DNA of 38,612 nucleotides from Gammaproteobacteria bacterium. GTDB lineage: Bacteria > Pseudomonadota > Gammaproteobacteria > Granulosicoccales > Granulosicoccaceae. The notes under the pieces are model-generated. The model ran no database searches. It was not told where the DNA came from and saw nothing but the letters and a program-made list of their open reading frames with translations. This document shows positions 1 through 10,247 of the stretch, piece after piece (position 1 is the first letter of the stretch; each line of letters starts with the position of its first letter). The stretch lies in assembly GCA_003511825.1 (NCBI GenBank), contig DOIU01000060.1, positions 1-38,612 on the forward strand, written 5' to 3'. The position numbers were made by a program, and so were the translations under genes.

Positions 1-340
1 AGCCCGCCGGCTGTTCCGACACCGGTATGCGACCCTGCCGCGTGGCAGCGGAAAGCGCAGTTGGGGGTGAGTATCGGATTATGATGATTGATGCCAATGG
101 TCATGAGCACTTGCATCATGGCCGCTACTTGGAGTTAAGCCCTTACCACCGTATCGTATTCAGCTGGAATTCTTCGCTGGTAACTGACACGGTCGTCGAG
201 CTGGCGCTCGAGGAAGTGTAGGTGGGGACGCAGTTGACGTTACGGCATCATGGTCTGCAAACGCCAGCGCACCGGGACGCCACACGCATGGCTGGACTGC
301 CTGCCTGAACAATTTGCAAGACCTTTACGCGCAGTCGTAG
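1..340 (+). pseudogene. SRPBCC/AHSA1-family protein, 5'-truncated by the window edge and disrupted
   Basis: Reads ...VGGEYRIMM...GRYLELSPYHRIVFSWN...VVELALEEV, then in-frame TAG at 219-221. The same frame continues VGTQLTLRHHGL; a 1-nt shift near 279-281 then gives HTHGWTACLNNLQDLYAQS* (TAG 338-340), the typical AHSA1 C-terminal helix. Confidence 0.75.
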
Positions 341-382
341 ATAGGCCGCCGAGTGGGATGCGGTGGTTTTTTGATCTTAAAT

Positions 383-402
383 AATCAACCGAGTGATTGA
401 GT
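383..402. promoter_or_regulatory. Imperfect inverted repeat TCAA-N8-TTGA, putative repressor operator (ArsR/SmtB-like) upstream of DUF899
   Basis: aaTCAAccgagtgaTTGAgt lies just upstream of the RBS and ATG 418. SRPBCC/DUF899 genes are commonly linked to ArsR-type regulators; the assignment is inference. Confidence 0.3.
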
Positions 403-417
403 TTAAAGAGGTGTCTC

Positions 418-1113
418 ATGCATAACCGAAAGATCGTATCGAGAGAAGATTGGCTGCAAGCGCGTCAGACGCTACTCAGCCAAGAAAAAGAGTTAACCCG
501 CCTGCAGGACCAGCTGAGTCAGCAGCGACGCGCACTGCCATGGGTGGCGGTGAGCCAAGACTACCGGTTCCAGGGGCCAAGCGGCGATGTCAGCTTGAGA
601 GATTTGTTTGGCGACTGCAGCCAGTTACTGGTGTATCACTTTATGTTTGGCCCCGATTGGCAACAAGGGTGCCCGAGTTGCTCTTTTTGGGCGGACAATT
701 ACAACGGTATCGATAGACATTTGCAGCAGCGTGATATTCAGCTCGTGACGGTTTCTCGTGCTCCGTTGCAAACCCTGCTGGACTACCGCGACCGTATGGG
801 GTGGGATTTCCAGTGGTATTCGTCATTAGGCAGTGACTTTAACAGTGACTTTCACGTGTCCTTCGTGGATCAGCCAACAGATATCGAATACAACTACCGG
901 ACCAAACCTTATTTTAGCGATGAGATGCCCGGTATTAGCGCTTTTTACAAGGATGCCGATGGCACTGTTTATCACACTTATTCGTGCTATGCGCGTGGCG
1001 TAGAGATCGTTAACGGCGCGTACCACTATATGGATTTGGCGCCAAAAGGTCGCGACGAAGACAGCCTGGAGTTTTCCATGGCGTGGGTACGACGTCGCGA
1101 CGAATATGCATAG
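418..1113 (+). CDS. DUF899 family thioredoxin-like protein
   Basis: Motifs IVSREDWLQAR, RRALPWV, LLVYHFMFGP, GCPSCSF, RMGWDFQWYSS, HTYSCYARG, DLAPKGRDE. ATG 418 follows an AAGAGG RBS and is preferred over TTG 397. Confidence 0.9.
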   Translation: MHNRKIVSREDWLQARQTLLSQEKELTRLQDQLSQQRRALPWVAVSQDYRFQGPSGDVSLRDLFGDCSQLLVYHFMFGPDWQQGCPSCSFWADNYNGIDRHLQQRDIQLVTVSRAPLQTLLDYRDRMGWDFQWYSSLGSDFNSDFHVSFVDQPTDIEYNYRTKPYFSDEMPGISAFYKDADGTVYHTYSCYARGVEIVNGAYHYMDLAPKGRDEDSLEFSMAWVRRRDEYA

Positions 1114-1116
1114 AGG

Positions 1117-1827
1117 CTAGTCGCAGCAGGACGAGGCAGTGCCTCCGTTACCGATCCCGACGGGCTTGGCGCAGTTTTCCCCTCTGCCCAAATAGGTCTT
1201 TTCTGAGAGGTAAAACGCTGCAAAGGCTTCGTTAAAGTCGTATGATACAGAGCGTTCTGCAAGGCCGGTTGCGAGCATGGCGGTTTGCCAGGCTTTGACC
1301 TTGGGGTACGCGCGCACAAAATCGTAACCGGCGTGTTGCTCCACGATCTTCGCGCGATGTAAGAGTGGCAGCCAGGCAATATCGACATTGCCCAAGGTGT
1401 CACCATTGAAGTAGCGACCTTTGCCAAGCTGCTTTTCGGCCCGCGAGAAGGCCTGTTGCAAATCCTCAGTCCGAGATGTCAGTGCTTCGGCCGTGGGGCT
1501 GCGCATTGCTCCGCATTGCACCAGATAATGCTTGCTGGCTTGGTAGCTCCATGCGCGATCAATTGCGCGCTGTTCGGGGGTGATACCTTCCACGATAGGG
1601 CCGTAAGCGTCGTCCAGGTATTCCACGATCGCATCTGACTCAAACAGCACAGTGTCGTTGTCTGTGATCAAGAGCGGGACTTGCGCGTTGGGCGATACCG
1701 CTAAAAACCACTCGGGAGGATTGCTGAGGCTGATGTACTCAATGTCGTAAGGCAATGAGCGCGCCTCAAGCGCTGCGGTGACACGCTGGACAAACGGGCA
1801 TATCGTAAAACTGACAACTTTGATCAT
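1117..1827 (-). CDS. Glutathione S-transferase family protein (omega/DHAR-like, CPF active site)
   Basis: CPFVQR, PEWFLAVSPNAQVPLL, LFESDAIVEYLDD, VDIAWLP; Cys-containing tail ending SSCCD. Confidence 0.9.
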   Translation of the reverse strand: MIKVVSFTICPFVQRVTAALEARSLPYDIEYISLSNPPEWFLAVSPNAQVPLLITDNDTVLFESDAIVEYLDDAYGPIVEGITPEQRAIDRAWSYQASKHYLVQCGAMRSPTAEALTSRTEDLQQAFSRAEKQLGKGRYFNGDTLGNVDIAWLPLLHRAKIVEQHAGYDFVRAYPKVKAWQTAMLATGLAERSVSYDFNEAFAAFYLSEKTYLGRGENCAKPVGIGNGGTASSCCD

Positions 1828-1862
1828 GATAAGAACCTCTGAATAATAAGACCTTACCCTGT

Positions 1863-1888
1863 AAGACGCCGGTTCTCGGCAAAAGACG
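1863..1888 (-). promoter_or_regulatory. Putative ECF-sigma promoter for the GST gene (CGTCTT-N14-CGTCTT)
   Basis: Minus strand reads ttCGTCTTttgccgagaaccggCGTCTTa in the 69-bp gap between the sigma gene and the GST gene. CGTC is a typical ECF -10 core. Confidence 0.4.
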
Positions 1889-1896
1889 AAAAACGC

Positions 1897-2451
1897 TTAA
1901 CAGTTTTCGCAGCCCTGCGATTTTAGATCAAAATCAATCACGGTGCCGTTTTTGTCAAAAGACACTTCGCAGCATGCCTCAAACAGTGCTCGCAGTTGCT
2001 GTCGGCTGCTTTGTACCCGCGATTTTAAGGTGGAGTAGCGGATGCCGAGTTGTTCGGCGAGCGCTTTTTGCGAGGTACCCTTCAGTTCAACTTCGGTGAG
2101 GAGTTGCGCGGCATCGTCAGGCAACGCATTGATAAAAGGCGCAACGCACTCAGCGAGTTGCTGCCGCACAGTGTTGTCGCTGTCGTTGTACCACAAGTCA
2201 TCTGCGTTAAGTGCAGGTTTGCGCTGGCGCGCACGGTAGAAGTCGATGACTGTGCGATGGGCGATTTGGAACAGCCAAGCTTTGATACTGCTGTCCGAGT
2301 TTAGGGATGAGAGGTTGTTAAACACCTTTACCAAGATGTCTTGCAGTACATCTTCGACCTCGTCTGGATCGGAAATCTTTGACCGCAAAAAAGCCCTCAG
2401 TTGTGCCTGATAAGCGTGCCAGATAGGCGCAATATCGGTGTGAGAATCCAT
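1897..2451 (-). CDS. sigZ: ECF RNA polymerase sigma factor, SigZ type
   Basis: Region 2 EDVLQDILVK...KAWLFQIAHRTVIDFYR; region 4 SQKALAEQLGIRYSTLKSRVQ; C-terminal EACC...C-x2-C as in SigZ proteins. Confidence 0.85.
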   Translation of the reverse strand: MDSHTDIAPIWHAYQAQLRAFLRSKISDPDEVEDVLQDILVKVFNNLSSLNSDSSIKAWLFQIAHRTVIDFYRARQRKPALNADDLWYNDSDNTVRQQLAECVAPFINALPDDAAQLLTEVELKGTSQKALAEQLGIRYSTLKSRVQSSRQQLRALFEACCEVSFDKNGTVIDFDLKSQGCENC

Positions 2452-2556
2452 GGTGGTTAGGGCTGCGTCTGCTTATATCATTCCAGTATACCTGCCAATG
2501 GAGACGCGTGAACCCCCATCGGGTCCACGCTGACATGCTCTCTGATGATCTGAAGA

Positions 2557-3114
2557 CTAGTCGCGCTTGTACAAGGCTTCTAGCGTGCTTGAGCCCAATG
2601 AATGGGCGTTGACCATATATCCGGTTAAGGCGCCGGAGGCATCGGCCGGCAGTTCCAGTTTTTTAGAGAGCGCATGGACGGTGAACTGGTAGCGATGTGC
2701 GCCATGGCCGGGCGGTGGGCAGGCGCCGCCAAATCCTTTCACGCCGTAGTCATTCCCGATTTGAACACTGCCCTCAGGTGCGTGTTTTTGGCTCGCATCG
2801 CCTGCACCCGCCGCCAGCGTGGTGACATCCTTGGGGATGTTGACGATTTGCCAGTGCCACCAGCCGCTGCCGGTGGGAGCATCCGGGTCATAGGCTAGGA
2901 CGGCAAAAGCCTCTGTCCCTTCGGGGGCGTTTGACCAGGAAAGCTGCGGCGACACATTGTCGCCTGTGCACCCAAAGCCTTGAAACTCCTGCGTTTTGCT
3001 CATGAGCTCGCCGTGCGCAATATCGGTGCTGGTGAGTGTGAATGTCTCTGCGGATGCGAGTGCCGAAACACTCAGCGCCGCGAGTAAGGCGCCTATTCGG
3101 GTAAAGCGTTGCAT
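2557..3114 (-). CDS. YbhB/YbcL family (PEBP/Raf kinase inhibitor-like) exported protein
   Basis: Signal peptide ending ALASA; GCTGDNVSPQLSW, YDPDAPTGSGWWHW, GGACPPPGHGAHRYQFTV. Confidence 0.92.
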   Translation of the reverse strand: MQRFTRIGALLAALSVSALASAETFTLTSTDIAHGELMSKTQEFQGFGCTGDNVSPQLSWSNAPEGTEAFAVLAYDPDAPTGSGWWHWQIVNIPKDVTTLAAGAGDASQKHAPEGSVQIGNDYGVKGFGGACPPPGHGAHRYQFTVHALSKKLELPADASGALTGYMVNAHSLGSSTLEALYKRD

Positions 3115-3202
3115 AGTATCTCCAGTCGTGATGAGTGAGTGTAGAGACAGCTTAGGCGTGACACCGTCGCGTCGGTAGCGCGAAAACGCGCAACTGTTCG
3201 CC

Positions 3203-4009
3203 TTAATCGCGCATTCTTGTGCTGCGCAGTGCGGTGGGTGTAATACCGAAGCGTTGTTTGAACTTGTCCGTAAATCGCGATTGCGATAAATACCCGCATT
3301 GCTCAGCGATGCGACCGATCGGGTCTTGGGTGGTCTGTATTAAATGCAAGCCATGACCCAAGCGTGCACGGTCTTTCAGGGCTTGTAAATGGGTGCCCTC
3401 GGCTTGCAGTTTCCGTCGCAGAGTGGACTCGCTCATGGCCAGCGCAGAGGATAACTCCCGCGCACTGAGGTCTTCTGCCACGTTGGCGCTGATCATCTGG
3501 TGCAGCTGTTGGCTTAAGCTGGGTGGCTCCACCGCGGTGCTGATTTGCGGGTAGCCCGAGTGATAGAGCAGATGCAGAATTTCTTGTCTGCGCGATGGCC
3601 ACAGCGTCGCTGGGGCGGATGTCGTCCAGGTGACAAACTGTTCCAGGGTTGTGGCTAAGACGTCGTCGATTGGCCCATGAACATACGTCTCAGGCGGTAG
3701 GGTTGTGTCGGTAAAGCCACTGAAATCCGCAAACTCAAAGGGAATCAATAGCGCGAAATAGGTCGCGATATCCGGGATATTGCGCATATCGACTTGCGGG
3801 CTATTTGACAAAAAAACAAAGCTTCCGGCGGGGCAGCGAAGGTCCGCGTCATTGCCGAGGTGTTTGCAGCCGTCAAGGACGCAAATGAGTACCGGCTGGA
3901 GAATAGGCACGTTGACAATACGCTGCTCTTTGAGCGAGGTATAGACAGAGAAGGGCAGTTGATCGCACTCAGACAGTGCTGTCTGGCACGACCGCATCAG
4001 GTTTTTCAT
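3203..4009 (-). CDS. AraC family transcriptional regulator (YbcM-like)
   Basis: C-terminal double HTH: LAMSESTLRRKLQAEG...IGRIAEQCGYLSQSRFTDKFKQRFGITP. Start placed at ATG 4009 (MKNLMR) to avoid overlap with the racemase gene; adjacent to ybcL-like gene. Confidence 0.88.
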   Translation of the reverse strand: MKNLMRSCQTALSECDQLPFSVYTSLKEQRIVNVPILQPVLICVLDGCKHLGNDADLRCPAGSFVFLSNSPQVDMRNIPDIATYFALLIPFEFADFSGFTDTTLPPETYVHGPIDDVLATTLEQFVTWTTSAPATLWPSRRQEILHLLYHSGYPQISTAVEPPSLSQQLHQMISANVAEDLSARELSSALAMSESTLRRKLQAEGTHLQALKDRARLGHGLHLIQTTQDPIGRIAEQCGYLSQSRFTDKFKQRFGITPTALRSTRMRD

Positions 4010-4061
4010 GGGCCGCTTCCGTGGTTGCTGCTGTCTCGAGGGCTGTATTGACGCGCCACGG

Positions 4062-4754
4062 TTAGCTGATGGCTTGCGCCACGGCTTTTTCTGCGTGAAT
4101 AGCCGTTGTGTCGACCAAGCGCACGGGCGTGTCCGTTTGTGTGACCAGCATGCCAATCTCGGTGCAACCCAATATCACAGCTTCGGCACCTTGCTCGGCA
4201 AGGTCGGCGATAATGCGCAGGTAGTCTGCCTTGGCGTCTTTGCGGATTTTTCCGAGGCAGAGTTCTTCGTAAATCACGCGGTGAACAATGGCGCGGTCGG
4301 CGGTGTTGGGCGTCAAGACATTTAAACCATAGCGCTCTGTCAGCCGCCCGGTGTAGAAGTCCTGCTCCATCGTGAACGCGGTGCCCAGCAATCCGACCGT
4401 CTGGATACCGTCGCTCACCAGGGTTTCTGCAGTGGCATCCGCGATATGCAAGAGAGGAATACTGATGGCAGCTTCAATGCGCGGTGCAACCTTGTGCATC
4501 GTGTTGGTACAGATCAGCAGAAAGTCGGCGCCCGCCGCTTCGACCTTTTGCGCGGCGCCTGCGAGTATGTCGGCGGTCCCGTCCCAATCACCTGCGTGTT
4601 GGCGTTGTTCGATGGGTTCAAAGTCAACACTGTACAGGGCGATCTTGGCCGAGCGCAGGCCGCCGAGGTGTTGTTTGACGCCTTCGTTGATCGCGCGGTA
4701 ATAACCCAGTGTGCTTTCCCAGCTCATGCCGCCGAGTAATCCGATCGTTTTCAT
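4062..4754 (-). CDS. Aspartate/glutamate racemase family protein (YgeA/RacX-like)
   Basis: MKTIGLLGGMSWEST, ICTNTMH and ILGCTEI (two catalytic Cys). Confidence 0.92.
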   Translation of the reverse strand: MKTIGLLGGMSWESTLGYYRAINEGVKQHLGGLRSAKIALYSVDFEPIEQRQHAGDWDGTADILAGAAQKVEAAGADFLLICTNTMHKVAPRIEAAISIPLLHIADATAETLVSDGIQTVGLLGTAFTMEQDFYTGRLTERYGLNVLTPNTADRAIVHRVIYEELCLGKIRKDAKADYLRIIADLAEQGAEAVILGCTEIGMLVTQTDTPVRLVDTTAIHAEKAVAQAIS

Positions 4755-4816
4755 AGATGTTGCCCGTGGTGGTGTGTCTGTGAATATCCGAAATCCGTCT
4801 CGCTAACGCTGCCGTA

Positions 4817-6280
<1,464 letters not shown>

Positions 6281-6281
<1 letters not shown>

Positions 6282-8764
6282 CAGGAATCCGAGGCAGTGA
6301 CCTTTTTACGTGCACTGGTCTTTTTCGCTGAGGCTTTTTTCTTGGCGGCGGTCTTTTTGCGAGCGGTGGTTTTTTTGCTCGCGCTTGCCTTTTTCTTGCT
6401 CGCTGTTTTCTTGGCGGCGGTCTTTTTGGCAGCGGCTTTTTTAGCCGTTGCCTTTTTCTTACCGCGACCGCGACGCTCGGGCGCCTCGGCTAGCAGCTTT
6501 TCGCAGGTCTCCAGGTCGATCGCCTTGGGATCTTCTTTGAGTTCTTTGGGGATTTTCGCGTTCTTATTGCCGTCGGTGATGTAGGCACCCCAGCGGCCGT
6601 TAAGAATTTGAATGTCGGTGCCTTCAAAGACTTTGATAATCTTGTTGGCGTCGTCGATTTTCTTTTGCGCGACGATTTCCAGAGCGCGCTCCAGGCTGAC
6701 CGTGTAGGGGTCATCATCCTTCAGCGACACGTATTTGCTGTCGTACTTGACGTAAGGCCCAAAGCGACCAATGTTGACCGAAATTTTCTCACCCTCGGGT
6801 GACTCGCCGAGATCACGCGGCAGCTTGAAGAGCTCCATGGCTTCTTCCATGGTGATACTGTCCATGCGTTGACCAGGGCGCAAGCCGGCAAACTTGGGCT
6901 TGTCTTCGTCGTCGCGCGTGCCGATTTGCACAAACGAACCATAACGTCCCACGCGCACGCTGACGGGCTTACCGCTGGCGGGGTCTGTGCCGAGTTCGCG
7001 CGCTTGCACCGCCTCGTCGCGCGACACGTTCTCTTCTTTGTCGTCCACCTGCTCTTTGAACGGGGTCCAGAAGTCCCGCATCAGCGGCACCCAGTCTTTT
7101 TCTCCCCGCGAAATCGCGTCAAGCTCGTCTTCGAGGTTGGCCGTAAAGTCGTAGTCCACGTACTTGGTGAAGTGGTTGGATAAAAACCGATTCACCACGC
7201 GACCGACGTCGGTGGGATGGAAGCGGCGCTGCTCCATCTCGACGTATTCGCGGTTTTGCAGTGTCGAAATAATAGATGCGTAGGTCGATGGTCGGCCAAT
7301 GCCATATTCTTCAAGCACTTTGACCAACGATGCTTCGGTGAAGCGCGGTGGCGGTTCTGTAAAGTGCTGGCCGATGGCGATATCGTGCAGGGTAATCATC
7401 TCGCCTTCGGTGATTTCGGGTAAGCGTTTATTGTCGTCGTCTTTGTTTTTGGAGTCGTCGACGTCCTCTTGGTACACCGACATAAAGCCCGGGTGTTTCA
7501 CGGTTGAGCCATTGGCGCGGAACAGGCCTTCAGGCTTGTCGCCAGCGGCCAGATCGACAGCGACCTGATCCAGCGTCGCATAAATCATTTGGCAGGCGAC
7601 AGCGCGCTTCCAGATGAGGTTGTAGAGTTTGTATTGATCCGCATCGAGGTAACTTTTCAGTTCTGAGGGCAGACGCATCACCGAGCTTGGGCGAATGGCC
7701 TCGTGCGCTTCCTGCGCGTTTTTGGATTTATTTTTGTAGACATTGGGCTGCGGCGGCAGATTGTCTGCGCCATAGCGACTCGTGATCAGCTCGCGTATTT
7801 CGCTCACGGCATCTTGCGACAGTGTCACCGAGTCAGTGCGCATGTAGGTGATCAGACCCACCGCGCCGTCACCGACATCAATACCTTCATAGAGCTGCTG
7901 TGCAATACGCATGGTGCGCGAGGCGGAAAAGCCCAGTTTGCGCACGGATTCTTGTTGCAGTGTGGAGGTGGTAAACGGCGGTGAGGGGTTGCGTTTGCGT
8001 TGTTTCTTCTCAACCTTGACCGCCTTCAGTGAGCCGTTGGCGGCCGCGAGCAAACGGGTCTTGGCGTCGTTTGCCAGCTCGGCGTTGTTGATGGTGAACT
8101 GCTTGACCTTCTCGCCATCGAGTACGGTCAGGCGGCCAGCAAAGTGGTGTTCGGTTTTTTCCAACTGTGCGGCAACGGACCAGTATTCCTGCGGCACAAA
8201 TTTTTCGATCTCTTCTTCACGCTCAACGATCAGTCGCAGTGCCGGGCTTTGCACGCGGCCGGCTGAGAGTCCGCGACGGATTTTTTTCCACAACAGGGGA
8301 GATAAATTAAAGCCGACGAGATAGTCCAGGGCACGGCGTGCCTGCTGCGCATTGACCAAATCCATCGACAGTTCGCGCGGGTGCTGGACGGCATCTTCCA
8401 AGGCGCGCTTGGTGATCTCGTGAAAAACCACCCGCTCCACGTTCTTGTCTTCCAGCAAGCCTTGTTCGGACAGCAGCTCGGCGACATGCCAACTGATCGC
8501 TTCTCCCTCGCGATCGGGGTCGGTTGCGAGCATGAGGGTGTCAGCTTTTTTCAGCGCTTTGGCGATGGCAGCGAAGTGCTTCTCATTGCGCTCAATGGGC
8601 TGGTACTTCATGGCAAAGTCGCGCTCTGTGTCCACCGCGCCTTCCTTGGGGACGAGATCGCGAATGTGGCCATAGGACGCCAGCACCTCGTAATCGCGAC
8701 CGAGATACTTCTTGATGGTTTTACACTTCGCGGGCGATTCCACGATGATCAGATTCTTACTCAT
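6281..8764 (-). CDS. topA: DNA topoisomerase I (type IA) with C-terminal repeats and Lys/Ala-rich tail
   Basis: IVESPAK, ATDPDREGEAISWH, SAGRVQS, catalytic ITYMRTDS, AQEAHEAIRP, GIGRPSTYA; three G-R-[YFW]-G C-terminal repeats; no zinc-ribbon Cys clusters. Confidence 0.97.
6290..6465 (-). repeat. Low-complexity histone-H1-like KK-x-AA/TA repeat in the TopA tail
   Basis: KKKATAKKAAAKKTAAKKTASKKKASASKKTTARKKTAAKKKASAKKTSARKKVTA. Confidence 0.85.
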
Positions 8765-8997
8765 GAAATTTATACAAGGTGCCTGTCAAATAAACGTGTA
8801 TCGGCGTTGCCGGTGGCAGCCAGTTTTGCAAACAGCGTGCTATTTTTCACAAAACGTCACGCTTCGTCGACCCGTTAATGCAGTTTGCACGCCCAAAAAT
8901 AGGGGGCAAACGGCTCGATTTTTGGAGTTTAGCGCAAAATAAGGCATTAAAAACAACGGCTTAAATTTTTTATGCCCTGTGCAATTGCCAAGTTGAC

Positions 8998-10119
8998 TTA
9001 TTTGCATCGAATGTACCGATTGGCGCCTGCACTGGCGGCTAAGCCTTGTAATTCGAGGATCAACAGCATCGACGCGACCTCTTGCGCAGGCAATTGGCAG
9101 CAGGCGACGAGTTGGTCGACGGCCTGTGGCGTGAAGTCCAGGCAGTCGAGCAAGGCAGCATATTGGGGGTCGAGTTGCTCTGCTGCGGTGTGATCGTTGC
9201 TGGCGGCGGGTGCGTTTGCGGCGGTGTTGGGCGGGAAGTGCAATGGACCCAATTGGCCGGCGAGTTCTTCCAAGACATCGTCGGCGGTCTCGACGAGCTT
9301 GGCACCCTGGCGAATCAATTGATGACAGCCGCGTGCCAACGGGTTGTGAATAGAGCCGGGGATCGCCATGACCTCGCGTCCTTGCTCTGTGGCGTGCTTG
9401 GCGGTGGTGAGCGAGCCACTGCGAATCGCGGCCTCAACCACCAGCGTACCCGCGCTCAACCCGCTGATTAAGCGATTGCGCCGGGTGAAATACGCCGGGT
9501 TCACACGTGTGCCGAGCGGGTATTCGCTGATCATAGCGCCTTGGGCCACGATCTGGTGGGCAAGTTCACGGTGGCGGGCGGGGTAGATGCTGTCGAGCCC
9601 GGTAGCCGCGACGCCGACCGTCAGCCCATTGGCTTCCAGGCAGCCGCGATGGGCCTCGCCGTCAATGCCCAGCGCCATGCCGCTGGTGATGGTTAAGCCG
9701 GCGGTTGCCAACGATGCCGCGAAGGCGCGTGCGGTGTCTGCGGCGCTGCGGCTGGGCTTGCGGCTGCCGACAATCGCGAGTTGCGGCGTGTGCAGTACGT
9801 CAGTATCGCCGATCACATAGAGCACCAGTGGCGCGTCATGCAGGCTCGCCAGGCGCGGCGGGTAGCGCGGATCACCCAGTGCCAACAGATGATGCGCGGG
9901 GTTGGACGCCCAATCTCGCGCTGTCGCCATGGCATCGTCGGGCGGGTCATGGCGGATGGCGGCGATTTGTGGCGCATTGAGCCCGGCGCGCTGAAGCGCG
10001 TCCGTGGAGGCGCGGAAAATATCCTCAGGCTGGCGAAAGGCTGCGAGCAGTTGTCGCCCAGAGACGGGCCCGATTCCTTCGGTCAGCGCGAGTCGCAGAC
10101 AGGCGGTGAGTATGTCCAT
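8998..10119 (-). CDS. dprA: DNA-processing protein DprA/Smf
   Basis: AIVGSR, ITSGMALGIDGEAH, RRNRLISGLS, VVEAAIRSGSLTTA, GREVMAIPGSI, C-terminal winged helix LLILELQG. Start set at ATG 10119. Confidence 0.95.
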   Translation of the reverse strand: MDILTACLRLALTEGIGPVSGRQLLAAFRQPEDIFRASTDALQRAGLNAPQIAAIRHDPPDDAMATARDWASNPAHHLLALGDPRYPPRLASLHDAPLVLYVIGDTDVLHTPQLAIVGSRKPSRSAADTARAFAASLATAGLTITSGMALGIDGEAHRGCLEANGLTVGVAATGLDSIYPARHRELAHQIVAQGAMISEYPLGTRVNPAYFTRRNRLISGLSAGTLVVEAAIRSGSLTTAKHATEQGREVMAIPGSIHNPLARGCHQLIRQGAKLVETADDVLEELAGQLGPLHFPPNTAANAPAASNDHTAAEQLDPQYAALLDCLDFTPQAVDQLVACCQLPAQEVASMLLILELQGLAASAGANRYIRCK

Positions 10120-10217
10120 AGTGAATGTTCGCAATCAGATGCGGCACTACGGTACTCGACATGCTCTCTGCTGTCTATGTTGGGATAGTTTGGTGGTGCG
10201 GGTTGGGCGCGATGCCC

Positions 10218-10238
10218 GCCCCGCCGGGTCGGCGGGGC
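10218..10238. repeat. Perfect 9-bp GC-rich hairpin between the LysM gene and dprA
   Basis: gccccgccg-ggt-cggcggggc; no U-tract on the transcribed (-) strand. Confidence 0.6.
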
Positions 10239-10247
10239 TCGGGGAGG

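Noticed and set aside
219-221. Pyrrolysine or programmed readthrough of the TAG in the SRPBCC gene
   Set aside because: A separate frameshift lies 60 nt downstream, and all other genes use TAG as a normal stop.
4010-4156. N-terminal extension of the AraC ORF in the ORF track
   Set aside because: It overlaps the racemase 3' end; ATG 4009 gives a normal-sized protein.
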